Made by a program: the position numbers and the translations under genes
Notes under the pieces: model-generated
What the model saw: only the letters and a program-made list of their open reading frames with translations
The model's database searches: none
What the model was told of the DNA's origin: nothing
Part shown: positions 10,674 to 24,170 of the stretch, in pieces
How the letters are laid out: every line of letters begins with the position of its first letter
Position numbering within the stretch: position 1 is the stretch's first letter
NCBI RefSeq assembly: GCF_036971445.1
Contig: NC_091472.1
Coordinates: 40,238,001-40,302,000 of the forward strand
Direction of reading: 5' to 3'
Length of the DNA: 64,000 bases
Source of the DNA: Narcine bancroftii
Lineage: Eukaryota

Positions 10674-12180
10674 ATGGTTGTGTCACTACTGCTAGCCCAA
10701 ATTGTGATAACTTTTTCAGTTTATGAAAGTTTTTTGAGAGTAGTCCATTATTGATATAGTTTTAAAAATCACTCACTTGTTCGAGTCCACGATTTTATGT
10801 AATAATTTTTTCAGATTAATATGTACTTTTATTCTTGACAATTCAACATCTTATTTCTTCAACCTACTGTTTCTTTTTTTTTTCAGTAGAACAGGTCTTT
10901 TTAAGGAAAAAAGTTTCTCATCAACTTTCTGGTAGCATTATGATGTGTTCCTAATTCTCAACTAAGCAGCTATTTTCGTGTTGGAAAAATGCACTTCAAT
11001 TTTTTTTTTGAAAAGACAATTAAAATGTTCCACTTTTCTTTCCTACAAATGATCAGTGAATTAAAATACTAACTGCTCAAAATCTATTTTGGTAGCAGAT
11101 TTGTGTATGTGGACATTTTGCTCTGTTGCACACTGTAGCTTCAATAAGCTTGGTCTTCTCGCTGACTTATTTACTAAATATTAAGCTTATAAAGATTTAT
11201 AGATCTTTGGTGTTAATCTTGTACTGGTACTTTGAGTAGCAGAAACAGAACGGATTTCTACTAGCATTCACATAACCAATTTTATTTTTTAGTGTTGGTT
11301 TTGTATTCAATTGGTTTTCTAGTCAGTGATAACTGGGGGTGTACTGAAAAGAAGGCAAGAAACCAACAATTTAGTATTAATGTTTCTGAAAAATCTGGAA
11401 TATTTTACATGTAATGCACAGTAATACATCAAAACACAATGTAAAATAATTAAAGTATATTTAGTTGTATTTTTCTTTGGTCAAATATAACAGTTCTTTT
11501 ATCCTTGTTGAAATGTTGTGAATCTTTTATGGGACCCTTTTAAAATTAAGGTCAAACCTTTGTGCTCCTCAAGTGAAGCTGTTGCAAGAAACAAAATACA
11601 TTAAACTTAATTGTACTGAAAAGATTTGGAAAAAGATTCCCAAAGTGGCTCAGAATTGAAGGACAGAAATATCAATTTGCAATGTCATAGTGTAATGAAA
11701 AGGAGACTCGAGAGATTTCTTTTTTTAATTGTGAGCTCAAACTTTGTTTTACATGGGCATTCTATATAGAAAGCAACATTTTGACCTGATACTTCATTCC
11801 AATAGTGTGCCCAGTTGGATATACAACATACTGAAGGTTTGACCTCAATATTTGAATTCTTCAATGTTGAATTAACTTTGTTGGGAGCCCTTCAAGTGAC
11901 ACATGTTTAGAAAAAAGTTCGAGTACCAGACTAAATCCTTAAGGACCAGAGGAATGGTACATTGGATTTGAAGTAAAGCATCCAGTTGACATTATGGCTC
12001 AAAGTTAGCATGCCAGTGTTTCAGATCTAATATTAACAGCTATAGATTTTTTATTACAAGTATTTAATATCTGTATGACTTGCCTCTTAATATCTTTTCT
12101 GTACGGGAGATTTTAATCTAATGAGGTAATGTATTTTTTTGAAACCAGTATCTTATTAAAAGCATAAAACCTTTCATGTC
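10674..12180 (+). other. EPAS1: EPAS1 3' UTR (end approximate)
   Basis: About 1.5 kb of transposon-free AU/U-rich sequence after the stop, with scattered ATTTA motifs, ending at a poly(A)-signal-like arrangement. Confidence 0.65.
12155..12160 (+). terminator. Candidate EPAS1 polyadenylation signal (ATTAAA)
   Basis: ATTAAA with upstream TGTA (12130) and a downstream GT/T-rich tract (ttgtttctatttattttgtc). Other ATTAAA hexamers near 11448 and 11600 are alternatives. Confidence 0.5.
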
Positions 12181-12864
12181 ACATATCTGCATGCATTGTT
12201 TCTATTTATTTTGTCACTTATTTTATATCTACAAACACAAAACTGTGGTGGAATAGAATTGACAGAAAATGAGATAGTCTTCAACCTTGGCTCTGCAACT
12301 GAAAGAGGCAGAGTACTGCAACTTCGGATGTGAGCTGGCAACAAAATTACTATTGCCACAGCATCTTCTTTCGAGCTGTTAAAAAGATCAGAAACTCAAA
12401 TGTAACATGCCAATTCTACATTAAGAGACTATAAATGAGTTAAGTTTCGAGCCGTTTACCTGAAAAATGACTATCCCCACCCTAATCCCCCGATTAGATG
12501 GTTGGATGCAGCAGATGAAATAACTAATTTTAACATTTGTATTAATAACTGTAAACTAGTGAATGCACACAATGTCCAGGCGTGAAGGGAACTTCAACCT
12601 TAATTTATGGTTGAACCAACTGGAGATAGAGAAGAAACTGATGAGCTGTTACTGAAAGGATAAAACTTGCAACATTGACGAAAATGCACATACACACATC
12701 TAACCTTAAAATTCTAATAGTAAACCATGACAGTAACTGCAAACTATTGTTTTCAACATTGAAACCAATGATAAAGAAGCATTTTCTGTTGAATTACTAA
12801 CATTCTCTCATCAGAATCCTATTCATACAGTACCTAGTAAATTAGACATTGGCGAAGTAGGATT

Positions 12865-13440
12865 ATAAATCTGAAATATAAGCAAAAAAAATGATGAAAA
12901 TACTCAACTGGTCAAGTAACATCTGCATGGTGAAAAAGAAATGTAACATTTCAAGTTTCATCAGAAAAGAAAAAGCAAGAAATATATTCTAAGCTGCAGA
13001 GCTGTGAAAGCGTTAAAATAAGAGGATCAAGGTAAGTTCACTTGGGAAAAAAAATACTTCCAAAGCTATCTAGTTAATGAGTTGGACAGAGGGAATAAAC
13101 TGGAAAGAACATGATGGAACTGTGAGAGACACATCAGGGCAGTTGCTGGAAATCTGAAATGAGAGAGAGGGTGCTGGAAACATCCAGTAGATCTGCAGAG
13201 AAAGGAAAACAGATGGATGACCTTGTATTTGAAATGGCCAATTCTAATACTAATAAGAAATGCTGGCCATATTAAACCAACATTGAGTTGCAAGCACTAC
13301 GAGATACCTCATAAGGTGGTGATGTGCTGTTCCTTGAATTCATCATTTGCTCTGTTGGAATAATAAAGTTCATAGTGGGAATGAGTCCAAGAATTAAACT
13401 GGAACGTGATGGAAGCCCAGGGTCATGAACTGTGGCACAT
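12865..13440 (-). mobile_element. Highly decayed Penelope-like 3' fragment
   Basis: Reverse terminal motif (gaaaatactcaactggtcaagtaacatctg) and gatgtgctgttccttga (EQHI-like motif on the minus strand). Confidence 0.5.
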
Positions 13441-13800
13441 GTGATCTAAGCTTTGAACACAGGTAAATTTACTCTTTCAATTGTATGCATTCTTTAAAGT
13501 GATTTTCATTCAAATCAATTTTCTGCTGATAATGAGCTTGTCAGTTGTGCTTCCTTTAAAACAAAGTATAATATTAATTTAAGTTCACACAATTTTGGAA
13601 GATTGATCCAATTGGATATAGCGAATCTGGATGAAAATTAATTTTATATTTGGAAGCCTTCAAAACCCAAGGACAATGAACAGTTGCTTTTTTGCTCTTT
13701 CATTACTCATTCCTCATAAAGGATGCTGTCCAATGCCTTCAGTGGATCAGATTCAACCCCAGCCTTCATTGCTGTCTGCTGGAGTTTGGACATTGATTTT

Positions 13801-14185
13801 AGGCTTTTTCAGGTGCATTCTACGCTAAGAATGCGCCTGAAGAAGCAGAAGCAGCCCTTTAAATTGCCGTTCAGGTGGCAGCGTTTAAAGCGCAACGCTG
13901 GCCACCTGAAGGACACAGCTGCACAAGATGCGGCCCTGAGCACACTCCAGCTCCTGCCCAGAGTCAGCTGTGATCAGCAGCCTGACCCTTTAACATCCGC
14001 TTTCAGCCAGCTGCATTCAGGTAGCTGGGGGAGCCACCTGAGTTGAGCTGATTATCCCTCTCAGAGGAGGGTTACGTAGCTCGCCTCAAGAGCACCTCCT
14101 GCACATTCAAGTGGCCTCAAAACAGCTGCATATTGCCTAAACATGCGGCTTTACATTTGGGGCAATTAGCCACCTGAAAGTGCCT
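13801..14185. mobile_element. Non-autonomous DNA transposon (MITE, PIF/Harbinger-like)
   Basis: TIRs AGGCTTTTTCAGGTG ... CACCTGAAAGTGCCT; internal reiterated tcaggtgg/ccacctga; GC-rich against an AT-rich background. Confidence 0.7.
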
Positions 14186-14914
14186 TTTTCAATCATGTGG
14201 GTTTCCCCGTGGTTTGCTATAAAAGACGAGGTAGGTTAATTCATCACTAATTTGCTTCTAATGTGTAGATGCCTGGCAGAATCATGGGAAGTTTGGCCAA
14301 TACTGGGAGAATGGAATGGAATTAATGCAAATTATTGTCTATGTTCAACAGAGGTGTGATGAGCAGCTGTAAGAAAGTTACATTTTTAGTGCAGAGGTCA
14401 TACCAGAGGGGAAGTATTATTGTCTATACTTCTAGAGCATTAAGTCAGATCCAGCCTGAGGTTTAACTTTTGAGTCAGAATTTAAATATTCAGAAGGTCA
14501 TTACACGGAAGGTTAGGGCATGGGATGTCACATTTGGAGCAGTTTAACAAAATGGAGTGGAACCAAAGAAAGGTTTGTAAAATTGAAGTTTTCAGATGTA
14601 GGTAGATGATAAAAGGTTTTGTTTAAGTAAATGTCCTTCAGGTGTTAACTAGATATCCAAACAAGATTGCTGATCTGGGAAAGATTTCTGGACCAACAGA
14701 AGTTCACCTTCCTACTTGTCTACCTTCCTATAATTGGACAGGTGAATTGAAAGTTCATTCAGTCCCTAAAAACAGAACGTGTACTGCGGAATCAAGGAGA
14801 AGGCTGCAGACATACTGCTTTACGTTGAAAAGCAGTCCCTCAAGCCGAGTCACATGCCATGAGATTCCCAATCTCTGACCTACTCATACAGTCACTGTAC
14901 TTGTGTGGTGACAG

Positions 14915-15715
14915 ATTTAGAGCATAGAACATTATAGCACATTACAGGCCCTTTGAACCACAATGATGTACTGACCTATATAAGCCTTCCCAATAATCTA
15001 AACCTTCCCTACCTCACACTCATAACCCTCTATTTTTCTTTCATCTATCTGCATGTCTAAGAGACTTATTGTACCAGCCTCCACTACCACCCTGGCAATG
15101 GATTCCAGGTACCCACTACACTACTGTAAAACCAAAATTATCCCAGATATCTCCCTTAAACTTTCATCTCCTCCCCAGATATCATCTGGTATTTGCTATT
15201 GTTGCCCTGGGAAAAAGGTGCTGGCAATCCATTTGATCAAAGCCTCTCATAATCTTGTAGACCTCTATTAAGTCACTTCAAATCCTTCTTTGCTCTGAAG
15301 AGAAAAGTCCTAGCTCTTAAGATACATTCTCTAATCTAGGAAAAATCCTGCTAAATCTCCTCTGCACCCTCTCTAAAACTTCCTATAATGAAGCAACCAG
15401 GACTGAACACAATACTCCAACTGTGGTCTAACCAGAGTTTTATAGACTCTTGAGCTCAGTCCCCTGACTAATGAAGGACAGAATGCCATAAGCCTTCTTA
15501 ATTACTCTATCAAACTGCATGGCCACCTTGAGAGATCTATGGATTTTGTCCCCAAGGTCTCTCTCTCAGTTCTTCCACTATATTAGGAATCTGCCATTAA
15601 AAATAGACTCTGCCTTCAAGTTCAACCTTCCAAGATGCATCACTTGACACATCTTGATTGAACTCCATCTGCCACTTCTCTGCCCAACTCTATATCCTGT
15701 CTATATCTTGTTGGG
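14915..15715 (-). mobile_element. CR1-type LINE 3' portion
   Basis: agagcatagaaca tail; ccaggactgaacacaatactccaactgtggtctaaccag reads LVRPQLEYCVQSW on the minus strand. Confidence 0.85.
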
Positions 15716-16524
15716 TCTAGAGACTGTGAAGGTTCCCAGGGCTATTTCTTTCCACTTGCATACCATTGTTTCCCCATCTCCAGTAATGTTCTTCTCTTGG
15801 TGGAACAAAATTCAGAAAAGGATTGGAGTGGAAAAGACCAAAACTAAGGCATGCTGTCGCTCAATTAGTCTGTGGGGAAGTTCCTCCAACTTACTATTTT
15901 CTCTCAGATTTAAATTGCTGATGTACCATATTATCCAGATAAAAGGAAGTGGAACCAAATAGATCTCGAGAACTTAAGGCTCTTTGCATTATAGTTTTTA
16001 CCATTGACCACAAGAAAATACAGTCTTGCAATTTTTAGATAATTTTCTATTGTTAAATGCTGGAATAAATAAAGTTTACAACAAAAATAAATGTCGGAAA
16101 ACTTGCATTGTATTATAACTAACTTCTGAAATTACTTGCATAAACAGTTTAGTGACATATAATCTCTCAACTTGAATCATTGATTATCTAGTAAATTCAA
16201 GCCAGCTGGATATTTACTATGCAAATGCTGGTAACAAGATAAAGGCCATTTTAACTAGAATTAGGTCATCTTTTCGACAGAAACAGGGTGGATAAAAAAA
16301 AACAAAATAAATTATTTTGAGCATGAAGTGTTTTAACTCAAGCACTGTCACAAATACATCCATTAAAACTGGGGAAAAAAATACTTGGGTTCAATTATCC
16401 ATGAACATCTATAGTACTTGCAACAGTGACTAAAGCATTGCAATAAAATTTAACCTCTCAGTAACACCACAAGAGCATAATCTCTCAATTCCTCCATCTC
16501 TGCCACATTTGATCTCAGTATGAG

Positions 16525-17500
16525 ACTTTAAATTCCAGGATATGTGAGATGTACTCCTCCTTCAGAAAAGATGCCTTCTGCTCTGCTGACCTCATCCGCA
16601 TCTCCTCTATTTCCCACACATCTACTCTAATCCCTTCCCCACCCTCCCTCCAAGGCGTAACGGGGTTCTCATCATCCCACCACCCTCTGCATCCAATGCA
16701 TTACTTGCTGCAATTTCTGCAATCCACCACTAGATACATCTTCCCCTTCCTCTCTGCTTTCTGTAGGGATCATTTCTTCCATAACCCTCTTGTTCACTCA
16801 TCACTTCCCACCAATCACCCCCTTGTTACACTTGCATTTACACCTTCTTCTTCATCACTATTTGGGCCCACAGCAATCCTTCCAGGTGAAGCAACCTGTG
16901 AATCTGTAGGGGCCATTGATTGGATCTAGTGTTCCTGGTGTGGCCTCCTCTACATGGGAGATACTTGGCAGAATAAGATATCATTTCATTGAGCACCTTC
17001 ACTCTATTCATTGCAACAGCAAGGATCTCCCAGTGGCTAACCACATCCACAGCATGCCCCTTTGCCACACTGACATAGCAGTACATAAGGCCATGGAGAG
17101 ACAAGTTGAGGCAAACCACAAATTGGAAGAAGGACATTCGTCTTAGCAGTCTCCAACCAGATGGCATCAATATCAACTTCTCCAATTCCTGTTAGCTCCT
17201 TCCCAGTATCTTTTTCTATTCTCCATCTGTCTCCCTTTCCTCCAGCTCCCTACCCCTTCCTTCCTTTTCCAACCAAAGAGTGGTATTTCTTAGCCTTCTC
17301 CTTCCTCCTCTCCCCCCACCCCTACAAATCACCTCTCAGCTTCTTCACCTTCTACCCTCCTGCCTGTTAATCTGGGTTCCTCCCCCTTTGCCTCTCCCTA
17401 CCCTCACCTTTTCAATCAGGCCACCACCTGATTTTTGGCACTACTGAAGAAGGGTTCAAGCCCAAAATTTGACTGCCTTTTACTTCCCATGGTTTGCTTC
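16525..17500 (+). mobile_element. Penelope-like element fragment (RT C-terminus, GIY-YIG, tail with hammerhead core)
   Basis: TTRYIFP..SAFCRDH..L.HS and HFIEHLHSIH..DLPVANH..KLEEGH motifs; ends ctgaagaagggttcaagcccaaaa. Confidence 0.8.
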
Positions 17501-17689
17501 TCATTGGGAACTGTGACGGCAGAAATGTGGAATGAGAAATGGATCATTTCAAAAGCACCGGGAAAGGTTGGTGATTTATTTGTTTCTTGTTGGGAACTGC
17601 GAGTGCAGATCTTGGAATTAAAAGAGGATCTTTTAAAAAGCACTAAGATAGAGGCTTGTTTAAATTTCTCCATTGGCTAATTAGCTGTA

Positions 17690-18660
17690 GCCAATAAAGG
17701 GAAGGGAGCTTAAGTGGAGTGGCCAGTGTAAGAGTGGGATTTTTGAGGGAGATTTGAGTTGAGGAGCAAAAGGATTCAGCAAGGAAGCACAGGTTTCTTA
17801 CTTTCATTTTCTACTTCATAGAAAGTGGGAATGGCAGCAGGGCAGGGACATGGTCCTCTTGCAGAATCTGGACAGTTAGGGAAGCCAGCAATATCCATGA
17901 TCACTTCATCTCTGAGAAGTACATTGAACTGCAGCTCCAGACAAACTGTGTTATGAAATTGGAGCTGGAGTTGGATGAACATTTGGGAGGCTGAGCGGGT
18001 GATAGGAGTTACAAGGATGTAATTTCATCTAGGAGGCAAGAGGAAGGTAGCTGCATGACAGTTAGGAGCAGGAAAGGGAACAGTGCAGGGTACTCCTGTG
18101 GCTGTTTCCCTCAATTATATGTATATTGTTGAAGGGGACAATCAGCCAGGGACAAATCACAGCTGCCAGGTTGCTGGAAGAGTCTGACCCTGTGGCTAAG
18201 AAGGTGGGGTGGAGGGGGGGGGGGGAGGAGGAGGAGGAGGAGACAAGGTGAGCTGTTGTGATAGGGGATTTCATAATGAGGGGAACAGATAGGAGGCTCT
18301 GTGAAAGAGAGTGTGAATCCCTGATGTTGCCTCCCAGGTGCAAGTGTCTGGGATATCTTGGGTTGAGTTCATGGCAAGAGGGTGAGTGAGGTCAATGTAG
18401 AGACCAATGATGTGGTTAAGAAAGGTGATGATGTCCTGAAAAGATTTCTAGGTGTGAAGTTGAAGGACAGGACCTCTAGGTTTGTTATTTCAAAATTTCC
18501 AGTGCGAGTGAGGTTAGAAATAGGATAATGCAGATGAATACATGGCTAATGAGATAGTGCAGGAGGGAAGGCTTCAGATTTCTGGATCATTGTGCACTCT
18601 TTCAGGGAAGGTGGGACCACTATCGCCAGGATGGTTAGCATCTGAAATAGATGAGAGCTC
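17690..18660 (+). mobile_element. CR1-type LINE 5' UTR/ORF1 (SGNH esterase-like) remnant
   Basis: VVIGDFIMRGTDRRLC..CLPGA..V; cttcagatttctggatcattg..gggaaggtgggacc; similar to 38210-39040 and 57940-58515. Confidence 0.75.
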
Positions 18661-18944
18661 CTGTTGGTATGCCAAATGAAAATTGGAAAATCAGATGATT
18701 GCAAATGCATTTATGAAAGATCATGGAAGGGAATAGTCATACAAATGGATGCAGGAACAAGTAGTATTAGTAGGGTTAGGATTAGGAAGCAAGGAAATGT
18801 CCCCTTGCCTCTGAGACTTTTGAAGTACAGAGTCCATGTGAGATGGTGAGGTCAACAGGATGACTAATTATCAGAATGATAATAGAAGGAGATGTCTCAG
18901 GAGAACCGTAACATGGTGCGTTTTGCTGCACAACTTGATTCTAA

Positions 18945-19570
18945 AGTAAAAACAGAAAATGCTGAAATACTCAGTGGGTCAGTCTTCATCTGTGGGAAGA
19001 GGAACAGATTTAACATTTCAAGTTGTAGTCTCTTTGTTAGGACTGGGGAGGAGACAAAATAAGTTTGTTAATCTGGAGGGGGGTGGGGGTGGGTGGGAGA
19101 TGTCTCTGGGATAAAATCAGGGTGACCAGGGGGATAAGTTGCAAACAATCAATGAATGAATGGTTTGAGATTGAAAACATTGACAAAAGAACACACAGAT
19201 TAAAGGAGAAGTGAAATGCAAAAGCAGAAAAAAACATCCATCATTTCAGCTGGGCAAGTACCAAAGAGGGATTTTGGTACCAACAGAGCCATTCTCACAG
19301 ATGGATGATTGATGCACACAGAGAAATCACATGATCTGAAGTTGTTGAATTCACTCTCATGTCCAAAAGGTTGCAACCTGTCCAGATGGAGGACCACGTG
19401 CTGTGCCTCGTCACTGTACCAGTGGCCACAGACTAATGGATCAGAGAGGTATTGGGATGGAGAATTGAAGTGGCAGGCAATGGAAGCTCAGCATCACCCC
19501 TATGGGCTGAACAGGAATACTCGGCAAAATTCTCTTTAATCTGCATCTGGTTTCTCCTCCAATGTGGTGG
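18945..19570 (-). mobile_element. Penelope-like 3' fragment
   Basis: ORF 19200-19397 VLHLDRLQPFGHESEFNNFR (GIY-YIG C-terminal L..LQP.G.N.EF motif) and the reverse terminal motif at 18950-19025. Confidence 0.7.
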
Positions 19571-19989
19571 AGATAGAGTGGTGCAGTGACCAGTGCAGAA
19601 ACCTTAATTCTGTTCTCCCATTTCTGTACTTTTAGCACATAGTACTGATGAACTTGATACTTTTGAGGATGTGTTTTTCCATTTACTTCCTATCTCTCTA
19701 AAGAAGAACTTCACTCCTTCAAGATTTTCTGCCTTTTTAATGACACATTATTCCCTCTGACACCTGGGAAGCAACATATCATTCTGATGTCACATCCACA
19801 GCCACAGAAACACTTTCTTTACTCCTTAATTATTGCGTCCTCTCATTATACCTCTCCCATTTTTCTTGTTCCCCTTGAGTTTCTCTCTTCATGGGTATGG
19901 GCTGGCCTGCCAAATATTTCTGGCACTTGCAGGTTTTGTTGCATGTCTCCACCTTTTTCAAATTTAGCTATTTAATTATACATCATTTG

Positions 19990-20335
19990 AACAGCTAGCA
20001 GAGTCCGTTGGGGGACAGTGTGTTCTGAATTTTGAATTTTTCCGGATTTCAGAAAGCCAGATTTAAGCCTACTCGAACTGTGCTGCCTATCCACCCCCAT
20101 CCCCCTTCAGCCGTGCTGCCTATCCACCCCCATCCCCTTCCAGCCGTGCTGCCTATCCACCCCCCTCCCCCTTCCAGTCGCGCTGCCGGTGTCCCCCCCC
20201 CCTCGCCCACCTGACTCGCACTGCCGGTCTCTCCCCCTCACCCGCCTGACTCATGCTGCCAGTTCTCTCCCCACTTGCCGGATTTTGGAGCTTTCTGGAG
20301 TTTAGATATCCAGATAAAGGATTGTCTACCTATAA
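19990..20335. mobile_element. Probable Tigger/Mariner-type MITE containing a GC-rich minisatellite
   Basis: ccggatt reiterations, end ggattgtctacctata, and ~33-bp tandem units gccgtgctgcctatccacccccatcccc(c/t)t(t/c)ca at 20078-20280. Confidence 0.5.
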
Positions 20336-20409
20336 TACCTTTTCTCCCACTTGGTGTTCGAGAGAAATTTTGTATTTTTTTCATTACTATCATGCTGTAT
20401 TACAATGTT

Positions 20410-23400
20410 TCTATAAAACCATAAGATATAGGAACAGAGGTAGGCCATTTGATCTGTCAAGTCCACACTGCCATTCCATCATGAACTGATCCATTAACCC
20501 CACTCTCCTGGCTTCCCCCATAACCTTTTGACTATTCAGATAATACCTCAATAACTTAGCCTCCACAGCTACCTGTGGTAATAAATTCCAGAGCTTCACC
20601 ACTCACTGGCTAAAGAAATTCCTCCGTGTCTTTGTTTTAAATGAGTGCCTTTCAACCTGAAGTTTGCCCTCGACTCTACTATGGAAAACAACTTTGCCAT
20701 ATCTACTCTGTTCAACATTCAAAATGCTTCTATGAGGTCCTTCTTCATTCTTCTGAACTTCAAGATTTGACAGTTTGTCCAAATTCCTTCATTCAAGGAA
20801 TTAATTTTGTAAATCTTAAATAAAGAGCCGAAACTGTACCCTGTATTGCAATTACACCAGTGCCTTAAGAGTCTCAACATCACATCCCTGTTCTTGTATC
20901 CTGTTCCTTCAGAAATGAATGCCACCATTGCATTCACCTTCTTCACCACCGACTCAACCTGGAAGTTTACCTTCAAGGTATTCTGCACCTTCGTATTTTC
21001 TCCCCATCCAAATAATGGTCATCACCAAATATAGTTTTCACTTTGTTCATTCAACAAAGTGCATGACTGTACACTTTCCAACATTGTATTTAATTTGCCA
21101 CCTCTTTGTCTATTCTATTAATCCATCTAAGTCTCTCTGCCGCCTCTCTATTCCTTCTTAAGTACTTCCCCTCCACCTATCTTTGTATCATCTGCAAATT
21201 TTGTCACAAAGCCATATATTCTGCAATCCAAATCATGAACATACAATGTTAAAAGAAGTGGCCCCAACACTGAAACTTGTAAAACACCACTAGTAACCAG
21301 TAGGCATTCAGAATAGGATCCCTTTATTCCCACTCTCTGCTTCCTACTGATAAGTTCAAGATTTATTGTCAGAATAGGAGTAGGCGAGGCAGAATTACCA
21401 CTTATTGGTAGAACAAAAAACTGTTCTTGAGAATATACATATGCATGCAAACAAACTGAAATAAGGTATTTTTTAAAAAGTGCAAAAGTAAGAATCCTTA
21501 AATGACTCCCTAATGGACTCTGATGGTAGAGGAGGAGCAGCTGTTCCTGAACCTGAAAATCTCTATAAGACTGGTTAAACACTACCTACCAAGCCCAAAG
21601 CCAGGTTGACTATCTCTAATCAATCCTTGACTAGCCAAACACTTGTATATCTTAGAACACCTTCCAATAATTTACCTACTACTGATGTCAGGCTCACTGG
21701 CCTATAACTTTCTGGGTTACTTTTAGAGACTTGTTCATATTGGAACAAGATGAGCTTCCCTCCAAACCTCTGGCACTTCACATCAATAAGGACCTTTCAA
21801 ATATTTCTAACAGGGCCCCTGCAATTTCTACACTAGCCTCCCTCAAGGTCTGAGGGAGCACCTTGTCAGACCGTGGGGATTTATCCATCTCTATTTGCTT
21901 TAAGACAGCAAGCATCTTCTCCTCTTTAATATGTATAGATTCCATGATCTTGCTGCTTGTGTGCCTCACTTCCCCAAACTCTGTGCTGGTTTCCTGAGTA
22001 AATACCAATGCAAAAAAAACATTTCAGATCTTCCCCATCTCTTCTGGCTCCATACATAGCTGACCATTTTGATCTTCAAGAGGACAAATTTTGTGCCTTA
22101 CTGTCCTTTTGCTCTTGATATACCTGCAGAATTTTCCTTCACCTTATCAGCCAAAGCAACTTCCTTTCTTGATTTCCTCTTAAGGTCTTTTCCTGAATTG
22201 TTCATATCTAAGTACCTAATTGGTTCCTTGTTGACTACACCTGCTATAAACCTCTCTTCTTAAACAGATCCTAAATGTCTCTTGAAAAACAAGGTTCCTA
22301 TTGCCTATTAACTTTGTACTTCATCCTTACCAGACACATCCTTTCCAGAAAACATCCTAGCCCAATCAGTGCTTCCTAGATCATTTCTTAATTCCTCAAA
22401 ATTGGCCTTTGTCCAATTTAAAATCTCAACCTAAACTATCCTTGTCCATAATTATCTTGAAAATAATGGCATTATGATAACTGGACCCAAGGTTTTCCTC
22501 TACACGTACGTCTGTCACCTGTCCTGTCTTTTTCCCCTCATAGGAGATCTAGTATTGCATTCTCTCTACCTGGTAATTCGATATATTGATCTAGAAAACT
22601 TTCCTGAATACATTGGACAAACTAAGCTATCCAGCCCTTTTACAGTATGGGAGTCCCTGTCAATATGAGCAAAAGTTAAAATCACCTATGATCCTTGCAG
22701 CTGTCTGCTATCTTCCTGCAGATTTGTTCATCCAGTTCCCACTGACTATTAGATGGCCTATAACATAACCCCTTTAAAGTGATCTTACCTTTCCCATTCC
22801 TCATCTCCATCCAGAAAGCCTCAGTGGACAAGCACACTAGTCCAGTGGTTCTTAAAAGTTTGAAGACCACTGTTTTGATCATTCCTAATTGACTCGTCAT
22901 GTGCACGGTTTCATACCTCCAAAGGAAATGGGCCCATGACAATTTTTCTCAAGCAAAATATTTGGGTCTAGAGCAGTGACTCTCAAATCTCCCTTCCACC
23001 CACATACCACCTAAATCACAGAGCACCAATGGCATAGAGGATTACTTAAAGTGGTATGTGAGTGGAAAGAAAAAGGTTGAGAACCACTGCTCTAGCTTGT
23101 CCTATCTGAGCACAGCTATGAAATATTCCCTGATGAGTAATGCCATTCCTCCTCCTTTCATCCCTCCCATTCTATCATGTCTGAAACAACAGACCCCAGA
23201 ATATAGTCCTACCCATCCTACAACTAAGTTTCACTAATGGCCATAATTCCATGGGCCAATCAACCCTCCAAGCTAGTTTGCCTTTCTTACAGTACTCCTT
23301 GCGTTTTGAAGTAGGTGCAGCTGAGGACATTATTTCCACTCTTACACAACTCTTTGATTTTCACCTTTATAAGCAGTCTTCACATCTTTTCCCTCCTCCA

Positions 23401-23480
23401 CTACACTTTCTGCCCTGGCACTCTGGTTCCCATCTCCCTGCAAATCTAATTTATACCCCCCAGAGCAGCAGTAATAAACC
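20410..23480 (-). mobile_element. Long decayed CR1-type LINE (EN-RT-3' tail) with nested insertions
   Basis: Minus-strand ORFs: GLCYRPSNS, MDKSPRSDKV.PQTLRE, VTSGVLQVSVLGPLL..KFADDTKIGG, KKVNAMVAFISEG, VKLWNLLPQ. Confidence 0.9.
22840..23095. mobile_element. hAT (Charlie/MER5-like) MITE
   Basis: cagtg.ttct / gagaaccactg termini next to ctagag/ctctag target-like sites; ataccac..gtggtat internal palindrome; same family at 41370 and 49380. Confidence 0.7.
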
Positions 23481-23769
23481 TTCCCGCATACTAACACCCA
23501 ATTTTAATGCCCCTTTTGCCATGAGATAATTCTTTTCTTGATCCTATTTTGATTTTTCTTTCATAATAAAAGAGCACAGATTTGAACCTATCCAGCAAAT
23601 GCAAAGAGCATGGCAATTTAGTAACATTATCAGTTACGGATCATCAAGGATCTTGCTTTCCTCTGGAAAAAAAAACTTGCTTTGTCTTTTTTCCCCCATC
23701 ACAACCTGCACCTTAAAGCCCATTGCTCATCCAAATCCAACACACACAATTTCTCCATTGCTTATCGGA

Positions 23770-24170
23770 AGAAAGCAATTGATCTGGAGAGAGTGCTGAG
23801 GAGATTCACCAGCACACTTTGTGGATCAGAGATCTTCAGTTAAGGGAAGACTTTGGGAAGGTTGGGTTTGTTTTCCCAGGAGTAAACAAATAGAGTATAT
23901 AAGATTATGACAAGCTTTAATGTGGTAAATAGTCAAAATCTTTTTTGTATCACAGAGGCATTGAAAACAAGAGGACATAAGTTTTAAGGAATGAGGAAAG
24001 AACTTTAAAAGGAATCTGAGGGATAAGTATTTTACAGAGTTGCTGTCTGAACTGCAATTCCAGAGGAGGAAGTGAAATCAGCTACCAGTATTGTGTGCAA
24101 GAGGAATTTAGAAGATATAAATGGATACAGTCCAAATATGGGCAAATGGAAGTGGTGGATATGGGTCAAA
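23770..24170 (+). mobile_element. CR1-type LINE 3' remnant
   Basis: ctggagagagtgctgaggagattcaccag (LERV.RRFT), acaagaggacataag (TRGHK). Confidence 0.7.

Noticed and set aside
14642-14741. Possible exon VLTRYPNKIADLGKISGPTEVHLPTCLPSYNWT
   Set aside because: Splice sites are only moderate, the peptide is unrecognised and no partner exon is supported.
20078-20280. CRISPR-like repeat array
   Set aside because: Contiguous tandem units without unique spacers, in eukaryotic DNA with no cas genes.
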